Shown here piece by piece: positions 39,101-48,222 of a DNA stretch of 64,000 nucleotides. The translations under genes were made by a program, and so were the position numbers. Source of the stretch: an uncultured Gammaproteobacteria bacterium (GTDB lineage Bacteria; Patescibacteriota; Patescibacteriia; UBA1558; 2-01-FULL-52-15); contig CAYRBH010000005.1 in the NCBI GenBank assembly GCA_964422585.1, positions 3,401-67,400 on the forward strand, given 5' to 3'. The notes below the pieces were generated by a model, which was not told the origin of the DNA, made no database searches, and was given only the letters and a program-made list of their open reading frames with translations. Each line of letters opens with the position of its first letter. Positions within the stretch are counted from its first letter, which is position 1.

Positions 39101-42100
39101 TAGGTAAGAAAGATGGTTGCTTGCTCTTCCTCGACATGAGCAAGCGAGACGTGAAGAATTATAGCGCCTTTGCCAGCTATGATAAGAGCGATGGTAACAA
39201 TGGCGGTCTGGTGCAACCAGTGTCATGCGCTGCAGGGGACCCGAATTGCAGTAATGATAGCAATACGATACTCAAGGTGCAGCGTGATCGACAGTGCTCA
39301 GAGTGGCTCGCCTGCCGCAGCGCTACTGAAGTCTTCGACCCGGCGACCAATTCGTTTAGACAGGTCTGTGATCAGGTAGGTACCTGTACCAAGTATTCCT
39401 CAGGGAGCGACATTTTGAACTGTGCTCAGTGGGCGCAGCCATCAACCCAGCGACTCGAGTATGGTTACTATGTGAATCGTTCCATCAATTTCGACGCGGC
39501 TGATTATAGCGGATACTCTATCTATAATGATTATCCGGTCGGTAGCCTCGAGTTGGTCGATATTAGCCACATGGACACCACCTCTGGCGGAGTCACTACT
39601 GAAGGTCCTGACGCGAGGAACCCTGATTATCGCTTGGTACGTGTCGTTGACTCATGTAATAGCACGACATCCTACGGGCAGCCATGCGGGCCTATCGATC
39701 CATTGAATCCGGTCGATAAGCTTGGTAGATGCTTCGCGACGAATAAATGCGTGGTCGGCATCGACGGCAGCAATTTCAGCGCCGACTCTGATTTCGTCAT
39801 CAAACGCTCGACTCGGGCCTATGCTGAGAAAGACTCACCGTTCCCTTATTCGGTCGTGGAGAGCGACCAGGGTGATACGCGTACAGTGAAGTTCGGCTTC
39901 CAGCAGGCGCATATCTGCGATACGGCGACCGCTTCATGCGAGGATCATTACTATAAGTTCCAATATGGCGCTGCTAATGCCATCACGAAGTATTTTTCAG
40001 CTGATGTGCAGCTATCAGGTGGCGCGATACCGACCTGCGTATGTCAGGGTGGTCAGCTTGATAACCAAGAATGTTCGACCAAGGATATCGAAGGAGCATT
40101 CGCGTGCAGTAGTGCGAGTGGTACGACGACTGGCTCCTGTCAGACAGATGCCGATTGTAACAAGAATGGTAATACTGGACAGCGATGCTTGCCTGCTCCT
40201 GACGGTAAGCTGTCAGCAGAAGAGCGCTGCCCCGATAATGGTAGCCCGCTGTATTTGAGGAGATCAGATAGCTTCCTGAACTGGCCTGGATTCTGTCTGG
40301 AGAAGGATAATCGGGCTAATATCAATGCGTCGCAGACCGAGCATGCCTGCCTGAACTGGTTGCCGGTAGATAATGCGCCGGTAGGCTATGATTTCTATAA
40401 TCAGAATAGAGAAGCTGGCTACTCCTACAAAGCCCCTGCTTATTATTGCCTCGAAGTGGGCCTGTTCGAATTCCGTCATAAGGTGAATGTGGGATGTATG
40501 TGTTCAGGCGACTGTACTACAGGTAATTCGAACATCAATCCTGACCCGCGCTACTACCATACTGAATGGGGTCCGAATTGTGGCTCATGCCATAGCTGGC
40601 ATGCGTGGGGCAATAGATATGTATGCTACATAGTCCCGAATGGCGGAGAAGGTTCATATCCCTACAATGGCGACACTATAGCGACTTGGTATGGCCAACC
40701 TCTCGAAGATAAGCCAGACAGCAGCTGTCAGGTACTGGGTATGGCAGTGGATGCCAAAGGCGAGAATGCCGCGATGACCAACTTCTTCTGGTCGGATTAT
40801 AAGGGTGGCGCGGGTTATGCTATAGGCGATAATCCTATCGGTACCAGCACAGCGCCGCTCGGCTATAAACTCGGTCAAGACGATAAGCCATTCGGCTCAG
40901 CAGTACCCACGGGCTTTGGATTCGTGACCGACCAGCTGACTATGCAATCTTCGCAGAGCATACCTCGCGCTGGCAGCCCCTATGCGTGTAGCAGTACCGC
41001 AGCTTCCTGCGCGCTCTGGGATCCAATTAATAATTCGCCACTGGCAATACAAGGTTGGAAAAATCCGCCGTTCGTGGGGAATGAAGGCTATACGATCGGT
41101 GTCCGTCGCTTGAAAGAGATCTATCGTAAGATATTCAATATCTATCGATGGGGAAATGGCAATACTTGCGACAATATGATCTGCGGCCGCACTGATGATG
41201 GGCCGAATGCTAGTGGCGTCAGCCCGGAGCATGGCGGTTATTTCGGTGGACAAGCCTGTGATCCTGCTGATGCGAATTCATGTAACAATACGCCGGGCGT
41301 GACATCGTGCGCACCAATCATTCAGAAATGTGTCAACTCGGTATTCAATAATCAAACTAATCCATCGTCTTCCCTGACATCGAACTGCCAGACCTGCCGG
41401 CCAGGCGATCTTGTCGAGAGGACTCCCGATAAACGTTGTATGAGCTCGACGCTCTACACTGATGCGGCCTCCTGTGAATCTGCTACCTTATGTACTTCCG
41501 CCTATCCTGGAGGAGCCTGCGCTGTTGATCCAACCGATGCTTCAGGAAGGTATCGATGCTACAGCGCGAAGTTGGCTGGTAATGATTGTAAGATCCCAAC
41601 CAATCCTGACGGTACACTCATCGCTTCGTATCTGACCTGTAATCAGACGACACCGGGGCAGCCAGGCACCTGCTTCTACAATGGTGAAGATACCCAAGTG
41701 CCGTGTAATTCGGTCAGTGATTGCACGGCGAATGATGATGGTGACCCGAACAATACTATCGGTACATTGGCGGCGACGAATAAGACAGCGTATTGCGCGG
41801 ATAATAACTTAGAAGGCACCTATGATTATGGCACCGGAAGCTTCTGCCTTGGTGAGCCATTCTCATTCGGTGATAATATCGGTAACCCGAACGCCTACCT
41901 CTTCAATGGCCCGCCGGTACACTGTGAGGGCGGCGCCAATCCTGCGACATACACGAATGCGCTTGGCTATACCCTTACCGGTCCGGATATCTGTAATTTC
42001 CACGGTATGTGCTTGGCCTCATTTGAAGTCAAGAACGCCAGCGGAGCATTGATGTGCAAGCAGCAACCTGAGAAAGGCTATCTCCCGCTCTGTAACCCTG

Positions 42101-42966
42101 ATATCGAAGATTGCACAGGCCTTGATCCGCAATGGATAATCAAGAAATCAGCTCTGCCGCTCGATATAACCGCTTCATCCAGTCTCGATGGCCTGACATC
42201 GGTACCGGCCTATGCGCCATATATCATCCCGGCGGTGTGTGATGCTTCCGGCGTGAAGTGCAAGCAGTCAACTTCGACGAGCCAATTCCAGGTACCGAAT
42301 GGTCCCGCGGATCCACATAATGATAATGGCTTCAGTGTCAATGATAAACTTGGCACCGACGCGACCCCGCAGAACAATATCATCGATGGTTTCCAGAATC
42401 TGCTGACATCGCTCAAGTTCTACATGGCATCGGATAAGAACCATATGCCGATCCGCTATATTGATCTTGATTGGGGCGATGGTTTGGCGCAGACTCGCAT
42501 CGGTTACTATAAGAACTATATGGACCAATGCGGCGACCCGAACGCTTTCGGACCGAAGACTCCGCCGGTCGCGCAGTCACATCTCGATTATGCGGCAACT
42601 GATCAGGCCTGTCGTGAGGCCTTCAGGAACTATCTCCACGTCTATGCCTATGATCCAGCCTATACCTGCAGCCGCTGTGATAATGATGCGAACCGTAGCT
42701 GTGGTAGAGACGAGGATTGTGCTGGTGGCGGCAAATGTGACCCGGCGAAGCGAGGTATTGATGGAGCCGTAGCATGCTATCGCCCGCGCGTCATGCTGCA
42801 GGACAATTGGGGCTGGTGTACGAATGGAGTCTATGGTCTTACTGGCATGGGCTGTAAAGATCCTAATGTAATCAACAGTGGCCTGCCTCCATCGCCGCCT
42901 TCTTCGAAATCAGCCTATGTGAATTATCCGGGTATCATCATGGTGTATAAAGACGCTAAACCCTAA
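33115..42966 (+). CDS. Giant (3283-aa) secreted or cell-surface cysteine-rich protein, function unknown
   Basis: Uninterrupted ORF with a signal peptide (…FLIAAPLKPVHAQ). Cysteines are very frequent along the whole length, often in C-x(2-8)-C spacing and recurring (S/T/A)DC-x-GG-x-C modules. Rich in G/N/T/D/Y with no TM helix after the signal. Confidence 0.8.
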   Translation: MQAPKTNRKLFLRLVATVFCLSIFLIAAPLKPVHAQLSVFDPQQFVETIKEYIAKLKDISWRQAATVALDKAASSFINKLAQDAGNYLATGGKGQSSLVRRESFGSILRKDGEAALGNFVQDLSSETQLDKLGLNLCNPSAQLKANISLQLLDAGQPVPLGAAGCNIRDIQANWQRFAQNAGVVNVNVTTGSQLGISGGAIYGAPTAGTCQTSKGQCVLSGSNASYAGYCEQLSSSSQQLQTYCNTKADCAGGANCIIVTGDCSSNADCKGGSTCNLVSGGSCFTDSDCSGVGARCVGATSASSGVPWLDITKDFSPAEKLKTLNDLFSPQQSDLGAYTLLSTKEAELQAAEEKYKTLDLSTCNAYKDVGSKITDDYVHQNCDEIKALAAKTAPPSTAEETQALKSQGDNGFWLNAAKIFGRSLISGLLKKYIKAGSFSLAQLGQQTDLSQVRENIVQQLRGGVTSPLNALQVTNTLSTDQKPSLDKVDNFDYIATFSQCPDDRTLVELDNCTLDDNFASAIRDKKTVGDALADGTLRGDLPLISDLNTSLDGDPFCVRSGYCHSNIVRLRKYRVLPVGWEIAASLSPIDAPITLQDAVDCFDNNGKCKLDPASNIYYHLIDPNWVLKAPETQCKAMVYGPKPLSTEVAERQQYCADGVSCLAEDDNGTCTGGYGYCTKESNIWRFNGEQCPMQYASCTTYTRTSDKQVFSYLSNSVDTCDASENGCQWYSKSQDNVGTVDQPQYVWNPHDRIYFNKNVATCEADQVGCNEYVSLLTPGVNLVTNGDFDYFTASSSTNFSDPNWMNDTLPDTFDGWQGTANAFTTRDNAYYGSVGLHLQGGGRLSTNVITGILADKTYILSWYAKSASGNDCTTDVSIASPGSPAQSTTVTYTKDWKRFELSKSFDVNAQDTQATISFSGNCAAPTASDMYIDGVKFELNNQSSGFTQYAENGKTYLKSQNQCTKDDVGCDMYTATDSGIKVPGKIDSNDICPAECVGYQNYLELASQYDVLERLPLAPPAPRSVNFIASTAAACPANEVGCEEFTNEQEVAQGGEGKHYFSYVRQCVEDALGSTYYTLEGSDTAGYQVKTWRLLASDLPSGQPCTNVDIGAKNCIDGSTTPATCSAADLGTNLDCREFFDINGNPHYVLQSRVIISSTDCQAYRRTSTGTTFYALGSESRACSAQSNNCREYRGNQSGNLRTVFSDYFEQGTIDAWDSTLSSLSTEAVSTGGHSIVNRNPSDVLQSTLSRNAKSYPIDAGREIYMDFWMKNTGPVQVTMKADASTYFATTTMQVASDWQQYTVGPVYLDTAITATPSIQLTPVGANPIPAVYFDNIDFKESQTNIFLIKDSWKTPLSCDQPIPGAMLGCQEYTNKAGVSYDLRSFTKLCSTDVIGCQAFINTQNSTNPFQKIYNADDPSQVIVPADTISYLVYNEQNRCFSQSKGCSALGSPQLNLNLPEADPKYIDGYKVKTLINNPDTYDNTLCTDKGLFCEEYTNSDSQTVYFKNPRDRVCVYKENQNVNGKIVTGWFQKKSIDGGGTPIGCSDDGVLPIEDKDFQLSNNLDFNYQGWVGECSAQYDQCTEFRDPLDTQGDNALKNADFSLINPANGQPLNWNDHIWSWPYQSTPPANWLQTNPGLRYGISTFEPYGSMSFGQDFSNVDGSDVFAYSVDVNVQKMTHGMNSGVSANLSCHFDSPKDIDFCSTSTWTDPASTCTTTADCKAGGACTAGQCKYPTGNYDYSKPCGPNNSCSGNSMCYTFSWNACEGPGPDGTFNNRADDDFTNMQCAASTPTDDAACAAVPGRAGYKCLSWPYDKTKDRDLVLDYVTNANPYLYNQWQTLRRVVDLGADSGQRNVYECTFWLSATQNQYDQNNTNSSGGACAPAATYAYDLACGDTYCTRPGPDGKVGTADDIPTTVKCSTSTNPALPTVIGDAGCKAAPTGARPGTGDPAAVCGSTAAEPDTFWWTNPLFKKAKSYYYLNNDEIDTKTCNGQVGKKDGCLLFLDMSKRDVKNYSAFASYDKSDGNNGGLVQPVSCAAGDPNCSNDSNTILKVQRDRQCSEWLACRSATEVFDPATNSFRQVCDQVGTCTKYSSGSDILNCAQWAQPSTQRLEYGYYVNRSINFDAADYSGYSIYNDYPVGSLELVDISHMDTTSGGVTTEGPDARNPDYRLVRVVDSCNSTTSYGQPCGPIDPLNPVDKLGRCFATNKCVVGIDGSNFSADSDFVIKRSTRAYAEKDSPFPYSVVESDQGDTRTVKFGFQQAHICDTATASCEDHYYKFQYGAANAITKYFSADVQLSGGAIPTCVCQGGQLDNQECSTKDIEGAFACSSASGTTTGSCQTDADCNKNGNTGQRCLPAPDGKLSAEERCPDNGSPLYLRRSDSFLNWPGFCLEKDNRANINASQTEHACLNWLPVDNAPVGYDFYNQNREAGYSYKAPAYYCLEVGLFEFRHKVNVGCMCSGDCTTGNSNINPDPRYYHTEWGPNCGSCHSWHAWGNRYVCYIVPNGGEGSYPYNGDTIATWYGQPLEDKPDSSCQVLGMAVDAKGENAAMTNFFWSDYKGGAGYAIGDNPIGTSTAPLGYKLGQDDKPFGSAVPTGFGFVTDQLTMQSSQSIPRAGSPYACSSTAASCALWDPINNSPLAIQGWKNPPFVGNEGYTIGVRRLKEIYRKIFNIYRWGNGNTCDNMICGRTDDGPNASGVSPEHGGYFGGQACDPADANSCNNTPGVTSCAPIIQKCVNSVFNNQTNPSSSLTSNCQTCRPGDLVERTPDKRCMSSTLYTDAASCESATLCTSAYPGGACAVDPTDASGRYRCYSAKLAGNDCKIPTNPDGTLIASYLTCNQTTPGQPGTCFYNGEDTQVPCNSVSDCTANDDGDPNNTIGTLAATNKTAYCADNNLEGTYDYGTGSFCLGEPFSFGDNIGNPNAYLFNGPPVHCEGGANPATYTNALGYTLTGPDICNFHGMCLASFEVKNASGALMCKQQPEKGYLPLCNPDIEDCTGLDPQWIIKKSALPLDITASSSLDGLTSVPAYAPYIIPAVCDASGVKCKQSTSTSQFQVPNGPADPHNDNGFSVNDKLGTDATPQNNIIDGFQNLLTSLKFYMASDKNHMPIRYIDLDWGDGLAQTRIGYYKNYMDQCGDPNAFGPKTPPVAQSHLDYAATDQACREAFRNYLHVYAYDPAYTCSRCDNDANRSCGRDEDCAGGGKCDPAKRGIDGAVACYRPRVMLQDNWGWCTNGVYGLTGMGCKDPNVINSGLPPSPPSSKSAYVNYPGIIMVYKDAKP

Positions 42967-42968
42967 GC

Positions 42969-45527
42969 ATGCGGTCACTTACTACCAAAACAAAAAATAT
43001 AAGCCGGACATTCTGGATACTGCTCATGACCGTCGCGGTCAGCGGAGTTGGTATTTTGTTAGCGCATCCGGTCTATGCTGATTGGGTGCAGGATGTGTTC
43101 GGCCCGATCATACTCTATGGTATATTCTCGCCTTTCATAATTCTTCTGAACCTCCTGACCTATGCGTTGGTGAAAGTCGCTCTGTACAATGGTTTTGCTA
43201 ACGCAACCATCGTCAATATCGGCTGGCCGATCATTCGAGATGTCAGTAATATGTTCTTCGTGCTGATCTTGTTGGTTATCGCTATCGGTACGATAGTGAA
43301 ATGGGACAGAATCAATTACCGGCAGAACTTACGACGCCTCATCATCATGGCTTTGCTCATCAATTTCAGCAAGACCATCGTCGTTTTTTTCATTGATATA
43401 TCTCAGATTTTCACCCTAACCTTCATCAATGCGGTCAGCAGTGTGCTGCAAGTCGGTATGATCACGGCATTAGGCTTGAATAAAATAGCGAACCCGGTCA
43501 CTGAAGGATTGATAGATACCTCTACTCAGGCAGGTATCGGGTTATTTACCTATATCATGGCCGGCATTATGGTCGCGATAGCTGCACTCACGGTGGCAGT
43601 TATGGTCATTATTTTCGTAGTGCGTATCATTACTCTTTGGGTTTTGATGGTGTTCGCGCCGCTGGCTTTCTTGGCCAGCACCTTACCGCAAACAAAACGT
43701 TGGTATGATGAGTGGTGGGATGCATTAGGCAAGGCGCTGGTCGTAGCGCCGGTTCTTGCCTTCATGCTCTGGCTGGTGTTCGCGGTTGTTTCTAAAGATG
43801 CAAGTTTTGCGAATGTCGGTGGTTTCACAGGAACTGATCCCGCCCCCCAAGGCGTTGCCCCGGGCGACATCATCGCCTTCGCGACAGCTATAGGGCTTCT
43901 GATCTACTCTATCAAGCTTGCGATACAAATGGGCGGTGCTGGTGGTAAATTCGCTTCTGCATTGCAGAGCAAAGCAGCGGGCGGAGCTAAGTGGCTTGCC
44001 TATGGTTCAAGCGGCAAGGGAGGATTGGTCGGCTTGGTGAAGAGCGGAGCTACCGCGGCAGTGACAAGGCCGGTACAGACTGCGGGAAATATCGCAGGAG
44101 GAGCTTATCGTTTGACGGTAGGCGGCTTAGGAGCTGGCGGGGTACAAACAGTGGGACGTATTATCGGCAGCGAACGCATACAGCGTGCTGGCGCCCGAGT
44201 TAGAGAGGATGTTGCTGCGCGTGGTCGACGCTTTGATGCTGCTACGAAAGAATCTCGCGCTACGTTCGATTCTTCTCGTAATGTATTTGCGCGTACGGCG
44301 AGATTTGGTCTGGGCGTATTGAGCCGGCAGGAAGAGGATCGTCAGAAAGCCCGTGCTGCTATATATACAGGGTCTACTGCTCGCGAAGATTTGAAGTCAC
44401 GTGTCGATAATATTCAGAACCCAGTTATCTTCCCTGCCAAGAAAGCTGAGGAGGCTCGCCAGATAGTGAAGGATGGTCAGCTAGAAGAAATAGAGAAGAT
44501 GAGCAAAGCAGGCCAGCTTCCAGAGGGATTTGCACAGCAAGTCTTTGACCGCTTCATCTCTGATTCTGGTTTGACTGCCCAAGAACAGCTCGAGTACAAG
44601 AAGAAAAATCTGCGTTATGTGAAGGATAGGCAGGAACGGAAAAAACTTAATAATGAGCTTGCTGATGATAAGAAACTGCCGTCTCTCGATGATCTGCGTA
44701 GTAAGAATGCTGCTGGTGAAAACGAAGTCGCAGCAAATTTCGTGGCAGACGCCTATGGTCGTCTGAGTAAGGATGATTTTGGTGATCTCATGAAAAAGAT
44801 GCCGCGCGATCTGCAGGACGCTATCGCTAAAGGAATGCAGATCTCCATGCGTCGCTTATCCGATACTGCCACAGGGCGTGATCCGAAAGAAATTGATAAG
44901 GATCTCGAGCGCATACGCGGCGAGCTGATCAAGCGTGATCCTGATAATATACGCAGTACGTACTCGAAGCCAATAGAGAAGGGCCCTGATGGCCAGTATC
45001 GTTTCAATACTCTGGCTGCTTCAGATGAAGCGATCATCAGGCAGCATGTTCGCAAGCTCAAGCCGAAAGAATTCAGCAGTATGAAAGAGGACACCTTGCG
45101 CGACGTCGGTTACCATTTGGCACCGGGCGATATCGTCAAAGTTATCAACCATGAGGATATGAATCCTGAGCAGAAAGAGGCTATCATTGAGAGCGTCGGA
45201 AGCCACTTGGGGGATGAGAATATCAATGTTACCTTTAATAGCATACTCAAGAATGACCTAGTAGGAGGCGACACTCGAAAATTGGTACAAGAATCGTTGA
45301 ACCCTGCTAGCCCAGACAGCATTTTCAGTAAGCTGAAAACAGCTGGTGGTGATCCTGATGCAGCAGTTGCGGCTACAGATACCGATGATGTCGCTAAGTT
45401 GAAACAGCGTCTTGCCGCGTATCGTAAAATGAAAGTTGCTATAGACGCTTATGATACATCGAAAGGCGGCGGCTCGAAGCCGAAGGATTCCGCGACGCCA
45501 CCTCCTCCAGATAGCCGTACGCGTTAG
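42969..45527 (+). CDS. Polytopic membrane protein with long hydrophilic C-terminal domain; putative VirB6/TrbL-like T4SS channel component
   Basis: The start is 3 bp after the giant gene. It has a signal/TM and about six TM helices in the first ~330 aa with a large loop, a Gly-rich segment, and a ~450-aa charged coiled-coil C-terminus. The topology resembles VirB6/TrbL/ConG. Confidence 0.45.
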   Translation: MRSLTTKTKNISRTFWILLMTVAVSGVGILLAHPVYADWVQDVFGPIILYGIFSPFIILLNLLTYALVKVALYNGFANATIVNIGWPIIRDVSNMFFVLILLVIAIGTIVKWDRINYRQNLRRLIIMALLINFSKTIVVFFIDISQIFTLTFINAVSSVLQVGMITALGLNKIANPVTEGLIDTSTQAGIGLFTYIMAGIMVAIAALTVAVMVIIFVVRIITLWVLMVFAPLAFLASTLPQTKRWYDEWWDALGKALVVAPVLAFMLWLVFAVVSKDASFANVGGFTGTDPAPQGVAPGDIIAFATAIGLLIYSIKLAIQMGGAGGKFASALQSKAAGGAKWLAYGSSGKGGLVGLVKSGATAAVTRPVQTAGNIAGGAYRLTVGGLGAGGVQTVGRIIGSERIQRAGARVREDVAARGRRFDAATKESRATFDSSRNVFARTARFGLGVLSRQEEDRQKARAAIYTGSTAREDLKSRVDNIQNPVIFPAKKAEEARQIVKDGQLEEIEKMSKAGQLPEGFAQQVFDRFISDSGLTAQEQLEYKKKNLRYVKDRQERKKLNNELADDKKLPSLDDLRSKNAAGENEVAANFVADAYGRLSKDDFGDLMKKMPRDLQDAIAKGMQISMRRLSDTATGRDPKEIDKDLERIRGELIKRDPDNIRSTYSKPIEKGPDGQYRFNTLAASDEAIIRQHVRKLKPKEFSSMKEDTLRDVGYHLAPGDIVKVINHEDMNPEQKEAIIESVGSHLGDENINVTFNSILKNDLVGGDTRKLVQESLNPASPDSIFSKLKTAGGDPDAAVAATDTDDVAKLKQRLAAYRKMKVAIDAYDTSKGGGSKPKDSATPPPPDSRTR

Positions 45528-45571
45528 ACGTTTTTTGTAGCTACACCTGAAATTAACAAACAAAAAGAAAC

Positions 45572-46867
45572 ATGCCTTTTGACTCGCTGAAAACGCTGCC
45601 GCCAGCAGTCCGTGAAGAATTACTTGATGACAAGTATGTTGCCTTTTTTGATACACTCTATGCGTCATATGGTTTGACCGGTGTTCAGGTTGCTGTCTAT
45701 GGGGACATTGTCCGAGATATTATATTCAAGAAGCGCCCGGTCCTTGATTTTTCTGAACTGCTAACACAAAGGATGTCTGACCCTCAGAACATTGACCTGC
45801 GTGGACTTGCACTGCAAACAGCGCTACATCGTTTCTGGCCCATTAATTACTATCTTGGTAATGTTGATCTTCTGATCCGCCGCCTCGGTGGGGTCGTGCC
45901 GGCCCCTGTGCTTCCTCGTATCGTCGAAGCTGATGATGAAAAAGGGGATGAGCCTGTGCCTGCGGACGAAGCTCCTCAAGAGGGCGGCTGGGTACAGGGC
46001 GTTGCGAAAGAGATACTGCGGCGCTACCAGTCCTATGCGGAGCTCTACCTCACCCAGAAGCCTATACGCGACAGTGAGGACCGGTTAAAAGCCCCCACCC
46101 TCAATAATTGGCTGCAGGACTATTTACATACCGTGGGAGCAGAAGGTACTGGTAGCTTGAAGCGCAGCAAGTATTTGACTCGGAGTATGAACGCGCTTGC
46201 TTTGAACGGCCCAGAAAAACAAAATCTGTTGAATTTTTTGCTTTCCTATGAGGAAGGCATGCCTATGTATTGGCATGTGGCTGAGCAGCAGTATTTGCTG
46301 ATCGAGGCAGAGATGCCTACAGAACAGGCGCAGGCGAAAGCTGCGCAGCAGTCCACCGAGCAGATGTCTGGACTCGTCGAGAAATATACTTCGATACAAC
46401 GTAGTTATCAGGCTCTCTTTGAAGAAAAGAAGAAAGGCCTGGAACTCGAGATCAATGGCAATAACGCAAAGATAGCTGATATCGTTTGGGATGCCCTGGG
46501 CTTAGGTGATAGCGAACGCTGTCTCGCCGCACTGGATTTGCTCATCGATCATCATTGGCTGCTGGAAACACTGAAGACCGATCATCGATTCCAGGGAATC
46601 GTCAGCAGGATCCTTGGAGTGAAGTATGGCCTTGAAGCAAAGAACACCTGGAATGGCGACCTGACGACCGGTATGATGCTTGCTCTGTTCTGGAAATTAG
46701 TGCTGGTGGATAAGCTTGGCCTGGATGAGATGACGGCAGCCATACTTGCTGATTACTATAGGAAGAAGCTCGAACTGAAGGCGAGTCCGGTCTATTTAGA
46801 CCTTAAGTTAGGAACATTCTTGTTTAGAGATGTCACGTATAAAGACAGGGCATTCAGTTTTGCGTAA
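45572..46867 (+). CDS. Hypothetical soluble protein
   Basis: 431-aa ORF with no TM helices and no recognisable motifs. It follows the VirB6-like gene on the same strand. Confidence 0.4.
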   Translation: MPFDSLKTLPPAVREELLDDKYVAFFDTLYASYGLTGVQVAVYGDIVRDIIFKKRPVLDFSELLTQRMSDPQNIDLRGLALQTALHRFWPINYYLGNVDLLIRRLGGVVPAPVLPRIVEADDEKGDEPVPADEAPQEGGWVQGVAKEILRRYQSYAELYLTQKPIRDSEDRLKAPTLNNWLQDYLHTVGAEGTGSLKRSKYLTRSMNALALNGPEKQNLLNFLLSYEEGMPMYWHVAEQQYLLIEAEMPTEQAQAKAAQQSTEQMSGLVEKYTSIQRSYQALFEEKKKGLELEINGNNAKIADIVWDALGLGDSERCLAALDLLIDHHWLLETLKTDHRFQGIVSRILGVKYGLEAKNTWNGDLTTGMMLALFWKLVLVDKLGLDEMTAAILADYYRKKLELKASPVYLDLKLGTFLFRDVTYKDRAFSFA

Positions 46868-46941
46868 TTGTTCGATACAGAGTATACGAAACAGCGGCGG
46901 GCCTATGGCCCGCCGCTGTTGACGTCAGAGATAGTTCTTGG

Positions 46942-47511
46942 TTACTCGTTCGCCCGCTCTACATATTCACCGGTTTCAGTATTGATACGGATTGATTCGC
47001 CTGGGTCGATGAAGAGCGGAACACGGATTTCGATGCCGGTCTCAAGCGTCGCGGTCTTCGTCGCAGAGCCAGAGGTGTCGCCGCGTACTCCGGGAGGAGC
47101 GCTTTTCACGAGCAGGGTTATTTTTTTCGGAAGCTCTATGATGAGCGCGTTGCCATTGTAGAGGAGTACGTCCACGGCTTGCCCTTCTTTCAGATAACCT
47201 GCTCGTTCAGCGATGATGTCGGTGTCGAATTCATACTGTTCGAAGTTCTCATTGTCCATGAAGTAGAATTTGCCACCTTCGGTATAGAGAAAATTTGCTT
47301 TTCTGCGGCCGAGATCAGCTTCTTCTACCTTATCACCGCCCGAGAAACTCTTTTCGAGCATTGATCCGGTCAGGAGATTCTTCAGTTTTGTGCGCAGGGT
47401 CGCGGCGCTTCGAGCGACTTTGATATGCTGCGTGAATACGACCACATAGGGCTGCTCATTCAGCGTCAAGACTTTGCCCAACTTGATCTCGCTCATTGCT
47501 AGGTGTGCCAT
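46942..47511 (-). CDS. efp: Elongation factor P
   Basis: The N-terminus KLGKVLTLNEQPYVVVFTQHIKVARSAATLRTKLKNLLTG matches the EF-P KOW domain, including the conserved K/R loop. Confidence 0.93.
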   Translation of the reverse strand: MAHLAMSEIKLGKVLTLNEQPYVVVFTQHIKVARSAATLRTKLKNLLTGSMLEKSFSGGDKVEEADLGRRKANFLYTEGGKFYFMDNENFEQYEFDTDIIAERAGYLKEGQAVDVLLYNGNALIIELPKKITLLVKSAPPGVRGDTSGSATKTATLETGIEIRVPLFIDPGESIRINTETGEYVERANE

Positions 47512-47522
47512 AGTCTATCTGA

Positions 47523-47750
47523 TTACCTTGGCGTATAGGGGATCAGCGCCATATAACGCGCGCGTTTGATCGCGGTCGCGAGTTTCCGTTGATGCTTCGA
47601 ACAGACGCCTGATTTGCGTCGCGGCACGATCTTCGAATACGATGAGGTGTATCTCAGCAGACCCTGACCATTCTTATAATCAATGGTCTTCAGAGAGTTC
47701 ACGCAGAAATCGCATGCTTTGGTTCGTGGCTTAGTAGTAGTTGTTTGCAT
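47523..47750 (-). CDS. rpsR: 30S ribosomal protein S18
   Basis: CDFC...IDYKN..LLRY.S..SKIVPRRKSGVC.KHQRKLATAIKRARYMALIPY matches the S18 signature. Confidence 0.93.
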   Translation of the reverse strand: MQTTTTKPRTKACDFCVNSLKTIDYKNGQGLLRYTSSYSKIVPRRKSGVCSKHQRKLATAIKRARYMALIPYTPR

Positions 47751-47759
47751 ACAAGTGCT

Positions 47760-48212
47760 TTAAAAAGGGATATCTTCAATATTAATCTCTTCTTCAGGGG
47801 CCGGCGCTGGCGCTGGCTGAGCAGCATCTTCGAAGGGTGTATTACTCGATGCGCCTGCAGAGCCTTGTCCGCCGGCAGCGGATCCCGCTTTGTCGAGGAG
47901 GATCATGTTGTCAGCGATGATCTCGGTTCGGTAGCGTTTGATCCCGTTCTGATCATCCCAGCTACGATTTTGTAAACGCCCTTCGAGGTAGATCTTGCTG
48001 CCTTTCTTCACATATTGTCCGACTATCTCACCGAGGCGTCTCCAGGCCACGATATTATGGAACTCGGCCTTCTTTTGCTGTTGACCGTTTTTGTCTTTCC
48101 AGACCAGGTTCGTGGCTATCGAGAACGATGCGACGGATTGGCCCGAGGGAGTGGTCCGCACTTCAGGGTCGCGGACGACATTGCCGATGAGCATAACCTT
48201 ATTCAGGTCCAT
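47760..48212 (-). CDS. ssb: Single-stranded DNA-binding protein
   Basis: OB-fold N-terminus (MDLNKVMLIGNVVRDPEVRTTPSGQSVASFSIATN), a Gly/Ala/Pro linker, and the acidic C-terminal tip ...EEINIEDIPF. Confidence 0.93.
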   Translation of the reverse strand: MDLNKVMLIGNVVRDPEVRTTPSGQSVASFSIATNLVWKDKNGQQQKKAEFHNIVAWRRLGEIVGQYVKKGSKIYLEGRLQNRSWDDQNGIKRYRTEIIADNMILLDKAGSAAGGQGSAGASSNTPFEDAAQPAPAPAPEEEINIEDIPF

Positions 48213-48222
48213 AGACGTAGTA

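Noticed and set aside
33520-42772. Numerous minus-strand and off-frame ORFs inside the 3283-aa gene (e.g. 34606..35364-, 35989..36567-, 37537..37971-, 38233..38733-, 38558..39061+)
   Set aside because: All lie within and antisense or out of frame to one continuous, strongly supported long ORF. They are Arg/Ile-rich as expected for antisense translation of a G/N/T-rich gene.
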